Counted from the first letter of the stretch, positions 1 through 9,863 are shown. The stretch is DNA of 40,940 nucleotides from Methanobacteriota archaeon (GCA_034659035.1 JAYEGI010000114.1:1-40940), one strand, 5' to 3'. The notes: generated from the letters alone by a model not told the origin. A program made the numbers and translations.

Positions 1-190
1 CAAGTTCTATGTATTTGAACAAATCAATTGTTTTATAAAAGTCCACAAGGACATCTAAGTCACTACCTTTTTTCTGCTCACCCAAAACATAAGAACCAAA
101 TATTTCAAGGTTCTTTACACTGTATTTTTCTTCAAGAACCGGCTTATTTTCTCGAAGCTTCAGGATAATCCGGTCAATTTTCTTTTTCAT
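1..190 (-). CDS. Minimal nucleotidyltransferase (MNT-type, antitoxin-like), N-terminal part only; the gene runs off the window
   Basis: Not in the ORF track (too short inside the window). Minus-strand ATG at 190-188. It reads [63 protein letters not shown], which contains the G-S-x(9-11)-D-x-D minimal NTase signature. The start overlaps the preceding TGA (ATGA at 187-190). Confidence 0.75.
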   Translation of the reverse strand, partial: MKKKIDRIILKLRENKPVLEEKYSVKNLEIFGSYVLGEQKKGSDLDVLVDFYKTIDLFKYIEL

Positions 191-383
191 ACTGCCGCCG
201 CCAATGCTGCATTCATTTCACTAATAACCACATTCATTCCACTCCCAAAAAGCTGAAACATCTTACCACGTCCACCGATCGCATCAAACGGCGTGTAGTC
301 CAGATCGTCCACTTCAATATGAAAACTTGTTGCAATATGTTCTTTCATCATCCTCAGCCAGTTCATCTACTCTTCATTAAACT
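187..383 (-). pseudogene. Detached C-terminal tail of hsdR, cut off from the main ORF by a frameshift and an in-frame TAG
   Basis: In a different minus-strand frame from the 857-aa ORF the sequence reads ..NFQKWVFEKQAGALKFNEE, then TAG (367-369), then [59 protein letters not shown], then TGA (187-189). This is the conserved tail pattern of EcoEI-type R subunits (W..hi......D....PF...GG......FG). Confidence 0.6.
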
Positions 384-2957
384 TTAATGCTCCCGCCTGC
401 TTTTCAAACACCCATTTCTGGAAATTTCTGCCACTGTTTTATCATAAGCTGTCAGTGGATCATCGATACCTGTTACCCTCCGGAGAAGTGAAACAAGAGC
501 AACCAGCTCACTCTTCGGGCTTTTCCCACTCACCTTTTCAAGTTGCTCGTATGCCTGCCATACATGCAGCGGTGCAAGCAAAGGTCTATCCAGTTTCAAT
601 TTTTCAAGAACACCGCTAACCATTCCAAAAGTCAACTCTCTAAGCCGATATGGCTGATTATAGAAGATGCTAAGCGCAACTATTTTATCCTTATGTGCTT
701 CCATGTACTCAGAAAAATCTTTTACTATTTCTCCGGCTTTATCGGCGGCATCATCACCCCATTCCGCCTTTATGAGTTTGTCGATATTCACAGTATCAAT
801 AATCTGTTCATGGACCTTACGAACATTTTCAATATATCCGTTAAGTTCTCCACCAAAGATTGAACTTGCTGTTTTGCTCAAGTGTTCCTTTGCCATCTCA
901 TGAGCTTCAGTTGCTGTTATTTTAGGATTCTTCCCCTTCAGCTCCTCCGCCCTTTCTTCGATCATGTCCGGATTATGAGCATTCAACAGGTCTTTGACTG
1001 TCTGATTTATAGTCTTGCCTTCTGCCTTTTCTTTAAAAGTTTCTTTTTCCTTCTCAGTAAGTTGTTTTTCCAGTCTGGAAAGGCGGCTTGCAAGTGAAGT
1101 GAACAGGTCTTTATCACAGGCTCCCATGGTTACAGCGTTCAGCAACTCCTTCATCGGGGTGGCGCGTTTTCGTTCCAGAGGGCGGCTGTCGGTTTTAAGT
1201 GATTTTGTAACCCCTACAGCATCCACAACAACAACAAAATGGGTCTTTGCTGAAATTGTCGAGGGAGTGACTTTTACGAGATCATCATATCCGAAAGTGC
1301 GGGTACCGCGTCCCTTCATCTGCTCAAAGTAGTTTTTGCTTTTCACATCGCGCATAAATAGCAGACATTCAAGGGGTTTAACATCTATACCTACAGAAAT
1401 CATAGCCACGGTGACAGCAATTCTCGGATTATAGGAATTTCTGAACTGGTTGAGTACAGATTTTACGTCCTCTTCAGTTTTATAGGTAACTTTCTTACAA
1501 AATTCATTGCCCTCATTAAATTCTTCTCTGACTATCTGAATAATATCCTCGGCGTGGCTGTCGGTTTTAGCAAAAATTAGAGTCTTTGGTACTTCTTTTC
1601 TACCCGGAAAGATCTCAGGAAGTTTATCTTTAAAAGCACGGATGATATTCCTAATCTGACTGGGATTTACAATATCCCTATCCAGATCTTGTTTAGAGTA
1701 AGAAACATCTTCATCCAGTTGTTCCCACCGTCTCTTTCTGCTCAGCCTTTCTCGTTTATCCACATACTCATCAGCTTTTATCTCTGATCCATCTTTTGAA
1801 ATTTCGGTCTCAATAATGTAAACATCGTATCCAACATTTACGCCGTCTGCCACAGCTTCTTCGTGGGAATATTCACTTACAACATTCTCATTGAAAAATC
1901 CGAAAGTTCTTTTATCCGGTGTGGCAGTTAACCCGATAAGAAAAGCATCAAAATAATCAAGCACCTGTTTCCACCGGTTGTATATGGAACGGTGACATTC
2001 ATCGATTACAATAAAATCAAACTGTTCTATCGGTATCTTTTCATCATAAACAACCGGCACCGGTTCTTTCGGTCCCCCTTCATTCTCATTCGGATTTTCA
2101 TCCTCCACCTCTTCATCCAGTTTCTCACCTTTTAAAATAGAATAAAGCCTCTGGATAGTACTGATGCATACTTGGCTGTCCGGTGCAATATAGTTTGATT
2201 GCAACCATTGAACATTATATAGTTCAGTAAATTTGCGGTTGTCATCAGATGGCTGATATGCCATATACTCCTGTTCTGCTTGTTCTCCAAGGTTTCTGGT
2301 GTCAACCAGGAATAATACCCGTTTTGCATCGGCAAATTTCAGTAAACGGTAAATAAATGTGATCTCAGCGTATGTTTTACCGGCACCTGTAGCCATCTGG
2401 ATCAAAGATCGTGGTTTATTATCCTTGAAGGATTTTTCAAGATTTTTAATCGCATTTATCTGGCAGTCTCTTAAACCGGACTGTGGAAGTTCGGGAATAT
2501 CCAGTAGTCTTGTTCTTAATGAATTGCCCTCCTTCAGCCATGCTTTAAAAGTTTCAGGTCTATGAAAAGTAAATACAGGTCTTGAACGCGGGTGCGGATC
2601 TTTACAATCAGTAAATCGGGTTAAAGTTCCCGTGCTTTTATAAACAAATGGAAGCGGGTCATTGTCCAGATATTTGAGCTTATTTTTTGCATAATATTCC
2701 GCTTGGGGTTTATGATATGTAAGTCTGTGTCCCTTTTCTTCTTCTTTTGCCTCAATTATTCCAACAGGTCTTCTTTCAACAAATAATACATAGTCAGCAG
2801 GTCCCACGTCAGTCTGATATTCGCGGACGGCAATACCAATGCTCGCATTCCAGTCAATTTTATCCTTATCCTGCACTGCCCATCCCGTGGCATGGAGCTG
2901 TTTATCAATGTTGTCTCTTGCTATCTGTTCAGGAGATTGGTTTATAGATCCATACAT
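384..2957 (-). CDS. hsdR: Type I restriction enzyme R subunit (HsdR); the reading frame ends prematurely
   Basis: 857-aa ORF with SF2 helicase motifs MATGAGKT (Walker A), VIDECH (motif II), GLTATP (III) and QMKGRGTR (VI), plus an N-terminal restriction-endonuclease-like region. Visibly AT-richer than the core genes. Confidence 0.9.
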   Translation of the reverse strand: MYGSINQSPEQIARDNIDKQLHATGWAVQDKDKIDWNASIGIAVREYQTDVGPADYVLFVERRPVGIIEAKEEEKGHRLTYHKPQAEYYAKNKLKYLDNDPLPFVYKSTGTLTRFTDCKDPHPRSRPVFTFHRPETFKAWLKEGNSLRTRLLDIPELPQSGLRDCQINAIKNLEKSFKDNKPRSLIQMATGAGKTYAEITFIYRLLKFADAKRVLFLVDTRNLGEQAEQEYMAYQPSDDNRKFTELYNVQWLQSNYIAPDSQVCISTIQRLYSILKGEKLDEEVEDENPNENEGGPKEPVPVVYDEKIPIEQFDFIVIDECHRSIYNRWKQVLDYFDAFLIGLTATPDKRTFGFFNENVVSEYSHEEAVADGVNVGYDVYIIETEISKDGSEIKADEYVDKRERLSRKRRWEQLDEDVSYSKQDLDRDIVNPSQIRNIIRAFKDKLPEIFPGRKEVPKTLIFAKTDSHAEDIIQIVREEFNEGNEFCKKVTYKTEEDVKSVLNQFRNSYNPRIAVTVAMISVGIDVKPLECLLFMRDVKSKNYFEQMKGRGTRTFGYDDLVKVTPSTISAKTHFVVVVDAVGVTKSLKTDSRPLERKRATPMKELLNAVTMGACDKDLFTSLASRLSRLEKQLTEKEKETFKEKAEGKTINQTVKDLLNAHNPDMIEERAEELKGKNPKITATEAHEMAKEHLSKTASSIFGGELNGYIENVRKVHEQIIDTVNIDKLIKAEWGDDAADKAGEIVKDFSEYMEAHKDKIVALSIFYNQPYRLRELTFGMVSGVLEKLKLDRPLLAPLHVWQAYEQLEKVSGKSPKSELVALVSLLRRVTGIDDPLTAYDKTVAEISRNGCLKSRREH

Positions 2958-2960
2958 ATC

Positions 2961-3615
2961 TTACTTCTCCAGACTTATGATAGAGTCCAATGGACTTTTA
3001 ATCCTCTTAACAACCCTATTACCCACACGCGCATACATTTCTGTCGCCTTTGAGCTTTTGTGTCCAGGTAATTATTGGACATATCCCATATCAACATCAA
3101 TCTATAATAAACGTGTTGCGAGACTATGCCAGAGAGAATGAACCGTGGCATTCTTGTTAATAGTAGCCGCTCTACGAGAATTCGAGAACACCTTCCCCGC
3201 CGCCACCACGCCAAACTCACTGTGCAGCGTAGACTGGTCGATCTTCCACATCCGCCACCAGCGCGCTGCCGAGTTCAGACTGTATGATGCGCTGCACCCT
3301 ACCACTACCCTCTGCGACCAGCTGGACACGCGCCATCATCGCTTCCCGCTCTTCGTGGAGGAAGTCGTTGCTCTGAACCACCCGGTGTATGCTAATGTCA
3401 CGCCGCTGCAACCGCGCAATAAGTCCGGTCGTGCCTGCTGTGACGTCGTTTGGGCTGGTTGAGGTTACGAACACGAGATCACCAACATCAATGTGCAGTA
3501 CACTAGAGAAGTTGTGCGGGCTCCTGATCTCAATGGTCCGTAGCAAGCGGCTCTTCAAGTCGTTGATCACGTGATTTGATATCCCGGTCAGTGCAATACA
3601 GCGCATCATGATCAC
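2961..3615 (-). pseudogene. Tyrosine recombinase (phage-integrase/XerCD family) remnant with internal stops and frameshifts
   Basis: Minus strand 3140-2961 reads NATVHSLWHSLATRLL*IDVDMGYVQ*LPGHKSSKATEMYARVGNRVVKRIKSPLDSIISLEK*. This is the H-x-L-R-H..AT.LL / LGH.s...T..Y catalytic block, but with R->W and with TAG and TAA inside. Upstream pieces are split over two other frames (track ORFs 3102..3329 and 3217..3615). There is too little room for a full-length N-terminus. Confidence 0.7.
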
Positions 3616-4346
3616 CCGTACATCGAAAGAGATTTTGGAGGCTCGTCCTGTTCAACAGTCTCTCTCACAGTCTCTGCAAGTTTCTGCATCTCAAGTTCGA
3701 TCTGCTCTGCCTGTTTGACCAGCTTTTCGGTATCGATCGAGAGGTCGTATAAATTATTAAGAACCTTGAGCACAGCAGCAGCGGCAATCGGGTTCGGGTT
3801 CGGATCGGAAGTACTCCCGAGCAGACTGATCGCAGGGAGTTTGCGTGTAAAGCACTCGGTCATGATACTGCCTGCGATTCCTGAGATCGACCCCATCTGG
3901 AAGATCTCGACCTCTTCCCTGATACTCTCAAGCCCTTCCTCGGTTGTTGCTGCGCCAAATACGATATGATCCGCGCCTACGACCGGCATCCCAGCAATCG
4001 AGACGATTTGACGGGTATTAACAGACGCTGCCCAGTCGACAAGCGATTTACTGATGATATAAGCGATACTCGGATGAATCGGTATATCTGAGACCACCAC
4101 GATCATCTCTTTCTCCGTGCTTTCGTATATCCGCACAGGCATGTTCACCCGCCCCTCGAGCAGCATCGCAACCGGCGGGAAATGTTTCGAGTTGATCGCA
4201 CCCAGATACTCCATGTCCAGTTCGTCGATGATCTGCTGGCTCGCAATGTTCCCTACAAGCCCGATCCCGGGGAACCCTTCGACGACCACAGGATTCTCTG
4301 ACTTTGGCTTGTCTGCAATCACGCACACTTCAGAGTCCTCTGCCAT
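3612..4346 (-). CDS. PAC2-family proteasome assembly chaperone-like protein
   Basis: Internal Met of track ORF 3612..4733. MAEDSEVCVIADKPKSENPVVVEGFPGIGLVGNIASQQIIDEL... matches the archaeal PAC2 N-terminus (vEGlPGiG.VG), followed by a C-terminal coiled-coil tail. The longer ORF would run through the tRNA-Cys gene. Confidence 0.75.
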   Translation of the reverse strand: MAEDSEVCVIADKPKSENPVVVEGFPGIGLVGNIASQQIIDELDMEYLGAINSKHFPPVAMLLEGRVNMPVRIYESTEKEMIVVVSDIPIHPSIAYIISKSLVDWAASVNTRQIVSIAGMPVVGADHIVFGAATTEEGLESIREEVEIFQMGSISGIAGSIMTECFTRKLPAISLLGSTSDPNPNPIAAAAVLKVLNNLYDLSIDTEKLVKQAEQIELEMQKLAETVRETVEQDEPPKSLSMYG

Positions 4347-4471
4347 AAGAGTAACAGTGGCGATACTGATAGATAAATACTTCGAAAGCGCAGGCATCAC
4401 TTTTATATGGCATAACGCCAAAGAGTCGATCCGCAAACTGTCGACCGGTCGGCAGCAGTGACCAGAACAAC

Positions 4472-4544
4472 GCCAGGGTGGCGGAGCGGCTAACGCGATC
4501 GCCTGCAGAGCGATTCTATTCCGGTTCGAATCCGGACCCTGGCT
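4472..4544 (+). tRNA. tRNA-Cys (GCA)
   Basis: 73-nt cloverleaf folded by hand: acceptor GCCAGGG/CCCTGGC, anticodon stem ATCGC/GCGAT with loop CTGCAGA, T arm TCCGG-TTCGAAT-CCGGA, discriminator T. Confidence 0.85.
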
Positions 4545-4551
4545 TATCGCA

Positions 4552-5412
4552 ATGTTTAACAGCACAATTTTTAAGAAACTGGAAAAAAATGATTTTCGCA
4601 CACTCATCGGGATAGAGATCGGCATGAGGCAGCACCGGTGGGTTCCAGCAGAGATGCTACCTTCTTTCTCAAAGCTGTTTACCGAGGAGGTCAGGTATCG
4701 CATCAACCGGCTTCTCGGATTTAATCTCGTCAAGAAATCCGTGGTGCCTTACGACGGCTACAGGATCCACTTCGATGGGTATGATGCGCTTGCGGTAGGC
4801 GCGCTGACGCTTCGAGGCTTGTCAGCGATCGGGGATAATATAGGGGTTGGCAAGGAGTCGGTCGTGTACGAAGGGGTCTATGATGGCGAGCCGGTCATCC
4901 TGAAGTTTCACCGCGCCGGATACACAAGTTTCAAACAGGTGGCACGTCAGCGCGACACCGGAGACCGGAATCACTGGATCTTTATCGCAAGACGCGCGGC
5001 GAAGCGGGAATACGAGGCCCTTGGCACCTTTGCCGAGCTTTCCGGTGATAGTGCTGTCAGCGTGCCTGCGGCGATCGATCACAACCGGCATCTGATTGCC
5101 ATGAGCATCGCACCCGGAAGCGAGCTATCAAAGACGAAGGTTGATGATCCCGATTGGTTCCTGGACGCGATCATAGAGCAGATCCGGAAAACATACGCTG
5201 CAGGATTCATCCATTCCGACCTGAGCGAGTACAACGTCTTTGTAAGCCCAGGTGGCGTCATGCTTATCGATTGGCCCGGATACGTGACCACGGCGCACCC
5301 ACAGGCAGAGTTTCTGCTTGAGAGGGACGTTAAAAACGTATTAGCATTTTTTAACCGGAAATACGGTGTAACGCGGGACTGCGAAGAAGTGGTTGAGCGT
5401 GTAAGTGTGTGA
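4552..5412 (+). CDS. rio2: RIO-type serine protein kinase (Rio2-like, N-terminal winged helix)
   Basis: 286-aa ORF. N-terminal wHTH-like region, then kinase core GVGKESVVYEG, ILKFHR, and the catalytic/metal loops FIHSDLSEYNVFV and MLIDWP. Confidence 0.8.
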   Translation: MFNSTIFKKLEKNDFRTLIGIEIGMRQHRWVPAEMLPSFSKLFTEEVRYRINRLLGFNLVKKSVVPYDGYRIHFDGYDALAVGALTLRGLSAIGDNIGVGKESVVYEGVYDGEPVILKFHRAGYTSFKQVARQRDTGDRNHWIFIARRAAKREYEALGTFAELSGDSAVSVPAAIDHNRHLIAMSIAPGSELSKTKVDDPDWFLDAIIEQIRKTYAAGFIHSDLSEYNVFVSPGGVMLIDWPGYVTTAHPQAEFLLERDVKNVLAFFNRKYGVTRDCEEVVERVSV

Positions 5413-5760
5413 AATGCCCAGCCAGCCCGGTCGCATCAGTTCCCTATTCATCTGTCTTCAGCTATGGTCAAGCGCTGTGGCTGGAAACCCCTCGGGCAAC
5501 CGAAACAATTATTACGTTTTGAATCATAACCGACTCAAACCAAGCAGGTGCGGTTGAGCGAAGAATTATGGGTGAAACCCTCCTGTTCGATAAAACAAGG
5601 CAAAGGGTCAAATCATGAAACACAGACACAACATAAGACCGGATCAACCGATTGTAAACGTTACATATAACACATTCACACTCTTCGCAGCAACACGTAC
5701 GCTTGCACCGCCAGTCTGCGTCGCAGCAGACAGCTCGACTGCAAACAGTGGAGGGGTACG

Positions 5761-8700
5761 ATGAACGCCAGGGGTACGATGAACGCCCGCAGAAGCATCC
5801 AGGGGAAATGGTGCAGCATGGCGGTCTTGACCATATTTGCTGCTGTGATGCTTGCCGCATCCATAGCGCCTGCGCTGGCATCGCCATTGGTCGGTTTCAC
5901 ACCCCCAACACCAGCAAATGGATCAATTCAATCAGCAACAAACGTAGAAATGAATGTTTCGATTACAGAAAGCAACCTCGATAAAGTCAAATTCAATTGG
6001 AATGGAACTAATTTTACTTTGTATGACCATTCTTCTTTGATGTTGATGTATAATTTTGACAATGTTAGTGCTTTGGGTGAATACACTAGCGATACAGATG
6101 GATGCGTCAAAGATTTGAGCGGATATGGCAATAATGGAACCCTTGGAAATGATACTGCAGGAACACCTCCTCCTACTTGGAATTCATCTGGGAAATATGG
6201 TGGTACGTTTGTATTTAATGGAGTAAATACTTCAATGACCACTAATAAGAGTCTGCTGAATAATCTATCGCAGTTTACCCTATCAGGATGGGTAAAGCCA
6301 AGCGAGGAACGCAGAATGAGCTTCTTTGGACAGAATAATGTTATTGAGTTTGGCTTCGTGAATGGTAGCAGCATCTCGGCATGGGCTGAGCATAGTAATA
6401 ATAATAAAGGTGGTTCTATACAGTGGATCTTTGAACAAGGCACTTTCAAAGGTACATGGCATTTTGTGTGTTTTGTCGGGAATGCTACAAACATAAGCCT
6501 GTATGTTGATGGCGCGCTTAAATCTTCGGATGAAGTAGACATAGACCCAACAATTGAGTATGGAACATCAAATGATAGTTTTAATATAGGGTATGGCGTT
6601 TGGGATTCTGACGGAGACCATTTCAATGGTTCTATTGATGAGGTTCGGGTATGGGATAGAAGTTTATCTGATGATGAAGTTTATCAACAATATATCTCAA
6701 ACTTGAATAAATACAATTCATCCCAGTGGTATCTTTATGTAAACCAGAGCAAGAATGCAAATGCTGGCTTAGATAATGGGACATATACTTACCAGGCATT
6801 TGCTTCTAATACTACAGGGAATGAAGATGCAACAGAAGAGCGGACTGTTACGATTGGTTCAGATACAAAATCGCCCGTAATCACAATAGACGCGCCAACC
6901 CAGTCCTCTCCGGCTAATAGAACCGGAGGTGAGCAGATATGGGTCAACTTCACCTACGCCGAACCCTGTTCTGAAAACAACTATACAGTCACGATAGGGA
7001 ACGCAACCGCGGTCATCAACTCGACCAAACATACAGGTGTGGCTGGCGGAACAAACAGGACTGCAAACGAGAGCTTCAATCTGAACACAAGCGCAGCAGA
7101 CGGATTGTATAACGTGACGGTCGAGATGTATAACTGCTCATCGAACTATAGTATCTCGCACCAGAACAACTCGGTCAGAAAAGGATCTTATAATGCCTCA
7201 ATAATCTCACAGCCGGAAAACCGGACAACGGAACCGAGCGTCAATGCAACCTACGAGCTAAAGATCACGAACACCGGAAGTTTCACAGGCACATTCGTGC
7301 TTGCGGTGACCAACCTCGATACTGCAGATGTTGCAGCGCTGAACAAGACACAGATAAAGGATCTTGCCAGCGGTGCTTCACAAAGCGTCACACTGAACGT
7401 CAAAGATTCGACTCCAGGAACGTACAACGTCACTGTGAATGTCACATCTACCCACTCAGGAAGTAAGGTTGCAGAGACTAACATCACGACCACGGTCGTC
7501 AGTCCAGGTCAAACACTTACTCTCGGAAACGTCACCGACATAACAAGCGACTGGGGCAGAAGCTTCAACCTGAACCACTCAGTCGCAGTAACCAATGCAA
7601 CCGCAAGCAACGTGAACGTTACCTACAACGTCCCATGGATCACGGACAACATCACCATGGGAACGATAGCGAAAGACGGAGTGAAATGGCACAACCAGTC
7701 AATCGAGAACTCAATAGTACAGAAGATCACGGTCACGGTGGATGCGACCACGACAACCACATCCACAACAAACGACAGCGAGACGTTTAGCATCAACATC
7801 ACCAAAAGAGCGATCAATATCACTGCTGATCCGGTCACCTCCCAATCCGTTAATTCCAACACCACATTCTGGATAAATGGAAGTGCAGATGGTGAATATG
7901 CTGAGACGTTCATCGGTAAAGCCGATCTGATAAGAGCTGGAAGCGTCATCAGGAATCAGACCATATCAGACGGAAACGCGAACTTCAGCAGAACAGAATC
8001 CACAGAAGGGACGTTTAACTTCTCAATCCGGTTCTACAACACGACGCATTACAACAACAACACAACGAATAACGCAACCATGCATATCGTCGGTGATACA
8101 CCGCCTGCAAGCATTACGGGTCTTAACAGTCTGACTGAGCAGAGCCGCATCCGCTGGACATGGACAGATCCGGCGGACGCTGACTTCGCAGAGGTGATGA
8201 TCTACCTCGATGGAATATTAGAGACGAACGTTTCAAGGGGCGTCCAGAACTACACCGCAACCGGACTTACACCTAACACCGAATACACGATCGGCACGCA
8301 CACGGTCGATGACAAAGGAAACATCAACCGGACATGGGTGAACGACACTGTAAGGACGCTGCCATTACCAGGGCTTCAGCGCATCAATGTGACGCCGACC
8401 GCATGGACGCTGAACATCAGCGAGTCTGTGAATTTCAATGCCACCGGATATGATCATAACAATGACTCGATAGATCCGGCAAACCTAACATTCGGATGGG
8501 GCACTGCCCCGGCAGGCGTTGGGACGCTCAACGCGACGACCGGCTCTGTTGTGAACTTCAAAGCACTACATACAGGGCGCACCGAGATATGCACTGTCAA
8601 CGGCAATGTATCGAGTAACGAGACCTACGAGGTATGGATCACAGTAAACACGCCTCCTGAAACAGAAGACGTCACCAACGGAACCGGTAATGCCACATCA

Positions 8701-9444
8701 GGCAGTTCAACAGCGATCGTCATGCTCAACAACGGATCAGTCAACGGCACGATCACCATCGAGGAGATCGGCGACCCGATCAACGGAACAGAAGACAGCG
8801 GGAACCGGACAGGCCTTGGCACAGACTCCATACCTGTCAAGGGCGCCAACGTAACAGTAAACGGAAGTATCAAGGCAGCACTCAATGACACGGGCGGCTA
8901 CGTGCATATCAGGATCGGGTACAACGAGTCGCAACTCGGGAACATCGATGAGAATGCGCTCTACATCTACAAGTTCGTAAACGGCACTGGCTGGGTGAAA
9001 CTGGTTAAAGGCAAGCCATCCTACTGCATCGCAAACGGCAGGAACACAACTGCAAACTATGTCTGGGTCAATGTGACCGAATGCAGCAGATTACTGCTTG
9101 CCGGCAGTCCGAAAGCGACGCCAACTCCACCCCGCGACGGTGGCAGCGGTGGCGGAAGCGGCGGAAGCGGCACATATCCGCCAGGATGGTTCACAACCCC
9201 GACGCCGACTGTGACCGCGACGAAAGCACCGACAGCATCGACTACCGCGACAGCTGCGACTCCAGGCAAGCAGGTGACGCCAGTACCGACGAAGGCGAAA
9301 CCCACGGCGATAAAGGCGACCACACCGGTGGCGGAAGGGGCGACAGCAGGGACGGCAAAGAAGAGTGCGCCCGGGTTCACTGCGGTATTTGTGATCGCGG
9401 GGATGCTTGCAGTTGCTTACGCGATGATGCGACGCAGGGAGTAA
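5761..9444 (+). CDS. Large cell-surface glycoprotein with LamG-type domain, FN3-like region, Thr/Pro linker and PGF-CTERM anchor signal
   Basis: 1227-aa ORF with signal peptide (MAVLTIFAAVMLAASIAPALA) and the LamG_3-type motif FNGSIDEVRVWDRSLSDDEV. By manual count it has roughly 80 N-x-S/T sequons. The C-terminus is GSGGGSGGSGTYPPGW..TPTPTVTATK..KKSAPGFTAVFVIAGMLAVAYAMMRRRE, a PGF-CTERM archaeosortase sorting signal. Confidence 0.85.
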   Translation: MNARGTMNARRSIQGKWCSMAVLTIFAAVMLAASIAPALASPLVGFTPPTPANGSIQSATNVEMNVSITESNLDKVKFNWNGTNFTLYDHSSLMLMYNFDNVSALGEYTSDTDGCVKDLSGYGNNGTLGNDTAGTPPPTWNSSGKYGGTFVFNGVNTSMTTNKSLLNNLSQFTLSGWVKPSEERRMSFFGQNNVIEFGFVNGSSISAWAEHSNNNKGGSIQWIFEQGTFKGTWHFVCFVGNATNISLYVDGALKSSDEVDIDPTIEYGTSNDSFNIGYGVWDSDGDHFNGSIDEVRVWDRSLSDDEVYQQYISNLNKYNSSQWYLYVNQSKNANAGLDNGTYTYQAFASNTTGNEDATEERTVTIGSDTKSPVITIDAPTQSSPANRTGGEQIWVNFTYAEPCSENNYTVTIGNATAVINSTKHTGVAGGTNRTANESFNLNTSAADGLYNVTVEMYNCSSNYSISHQNNSVRKGSYNASIISQPENRTTEPSVNATYELKITNTGSFTGTFVLAVTNLDTADVAALNKTQIKDLASGASQSVTLNVKDSTPGTYNVTVNVTSTHSGSKVAETNITTTVVSPGQTLTLGNVTDITSDWGRSFNLNHSVAVTNATASNVNVTYNVPWITDNITMGTIAKDGVKWHNQSIENSIVQKITVTVDATTTTTSTTNDSETFSINITKRAINITADPVTSQSVNSNTTFWINGSADGEYAETFIGKADLIRAGSVIRNQTISDGNANFSRTESTEGTFNFSIRFYNTTHYNNNTTNNATMHIVGDTPPASITGLNSLTEQSRIRWTWTDPADADFAEVMIYLDGILETNVSRGVQNYTATGLTPNTEYTIGTHTVDDKGNINRTWVNDTVRTLPLPGLQRINVTPTAWTLNISESVNFNATGYDHNNDSIDPANLTFGWGTAPAGVGTLNATTGSVVNFKALHTGRTEICTVNGNVSSNETYEVWITVNTPPETEDVTNGTGNATSGSSTAIVMLNNGSVNGTITIEEIGDPINGTEDSGNRTGLGTDSIPVKGANVTVNGSIKAALNDTGGYVHIRIGYNESQLGNIDENALYIYKFVNGTGWVKLVKGKPSYCIANGRNTTANYVWVNVTECSRLLLAGSPKATPTPPRDGGSGGGSGGSGTYPPGWFTTPTPTVTATKAPTASTTATAATPGKQVTPVPTKAKPTAIKATTPVAEGATAGTAKKSAPGFTAVFVIAGMLAVAYAMMRRRE

Positions 9445-9494
9445 GCAGCAGTACAGACGATGACGGATGAAGGGCGCATTTCCCCTTCACCATC

Positions 9495-9504
9495 TTTCTT
9501 TTTT
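9495..9504 (+). terminator. Oligo-T tract downstream of the surface-protein gene (possible archaeal terminator)
   Basis: tttctttttt lies about 50 nt after the stop codon. Archaeal termination commonly occurs at T-runs. Confidence 0.3.
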
Positions 9505-9863
9505 CGACGGCAACGTGGCATATCCCCTCAACGTGAGCATGTATGGCGTGTGGTACGACGATCACACCGAACTGGAGGTGTTAGCGAACGATGCGCCTCA
9601 GCACATCCATGCTCCTGACAACCTCACACCATCTCAAAAAGGGGCTCTCCGCTGTTTTGTATGGGTACTACAATGTCCCCGACATTAACTGGAGCAGATC
9701 ACAGGAAAGGTGTATCGACTACAAAGCTCCCGCTGTTATCGAAATGTCCAAGATTTCATCATTAAGGCATATCGTTGACATGATATCTTAACCCCATTTC
9801 ACCCACATGACCTATCGAAGAGCCCAAAAAAGTCTTTGGATAATCATTAGCCTCTTTGTATAA

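Noticed and set aside
4347-4733. N-terminal extension of track ORF 3612..4733 (373 aa)
   Set aside because: The extension runs antisense through the well-folded tRNA-Cys gene and the rio2 start. PAC2-family similarity begins only at the internal Met (4346).
5928-6626. 232-aa minus-strand ORF inside the surface-protein gene, and other antisense ORFs at 7251-7949 and 8625-9380
   Set aside because: These are shadow ORFs opposite a long, motif-supported gene. They have no recognisable motifs and low-complexity composition.
9467-9791. Small ORFs 9467..9688 and 9591..9791 between the surface-protein gene and the CAU tRNA
   Set aside because: They have no RBS or promoter context and no motifs, and they overlap each other. 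The region is treated as intergenic.
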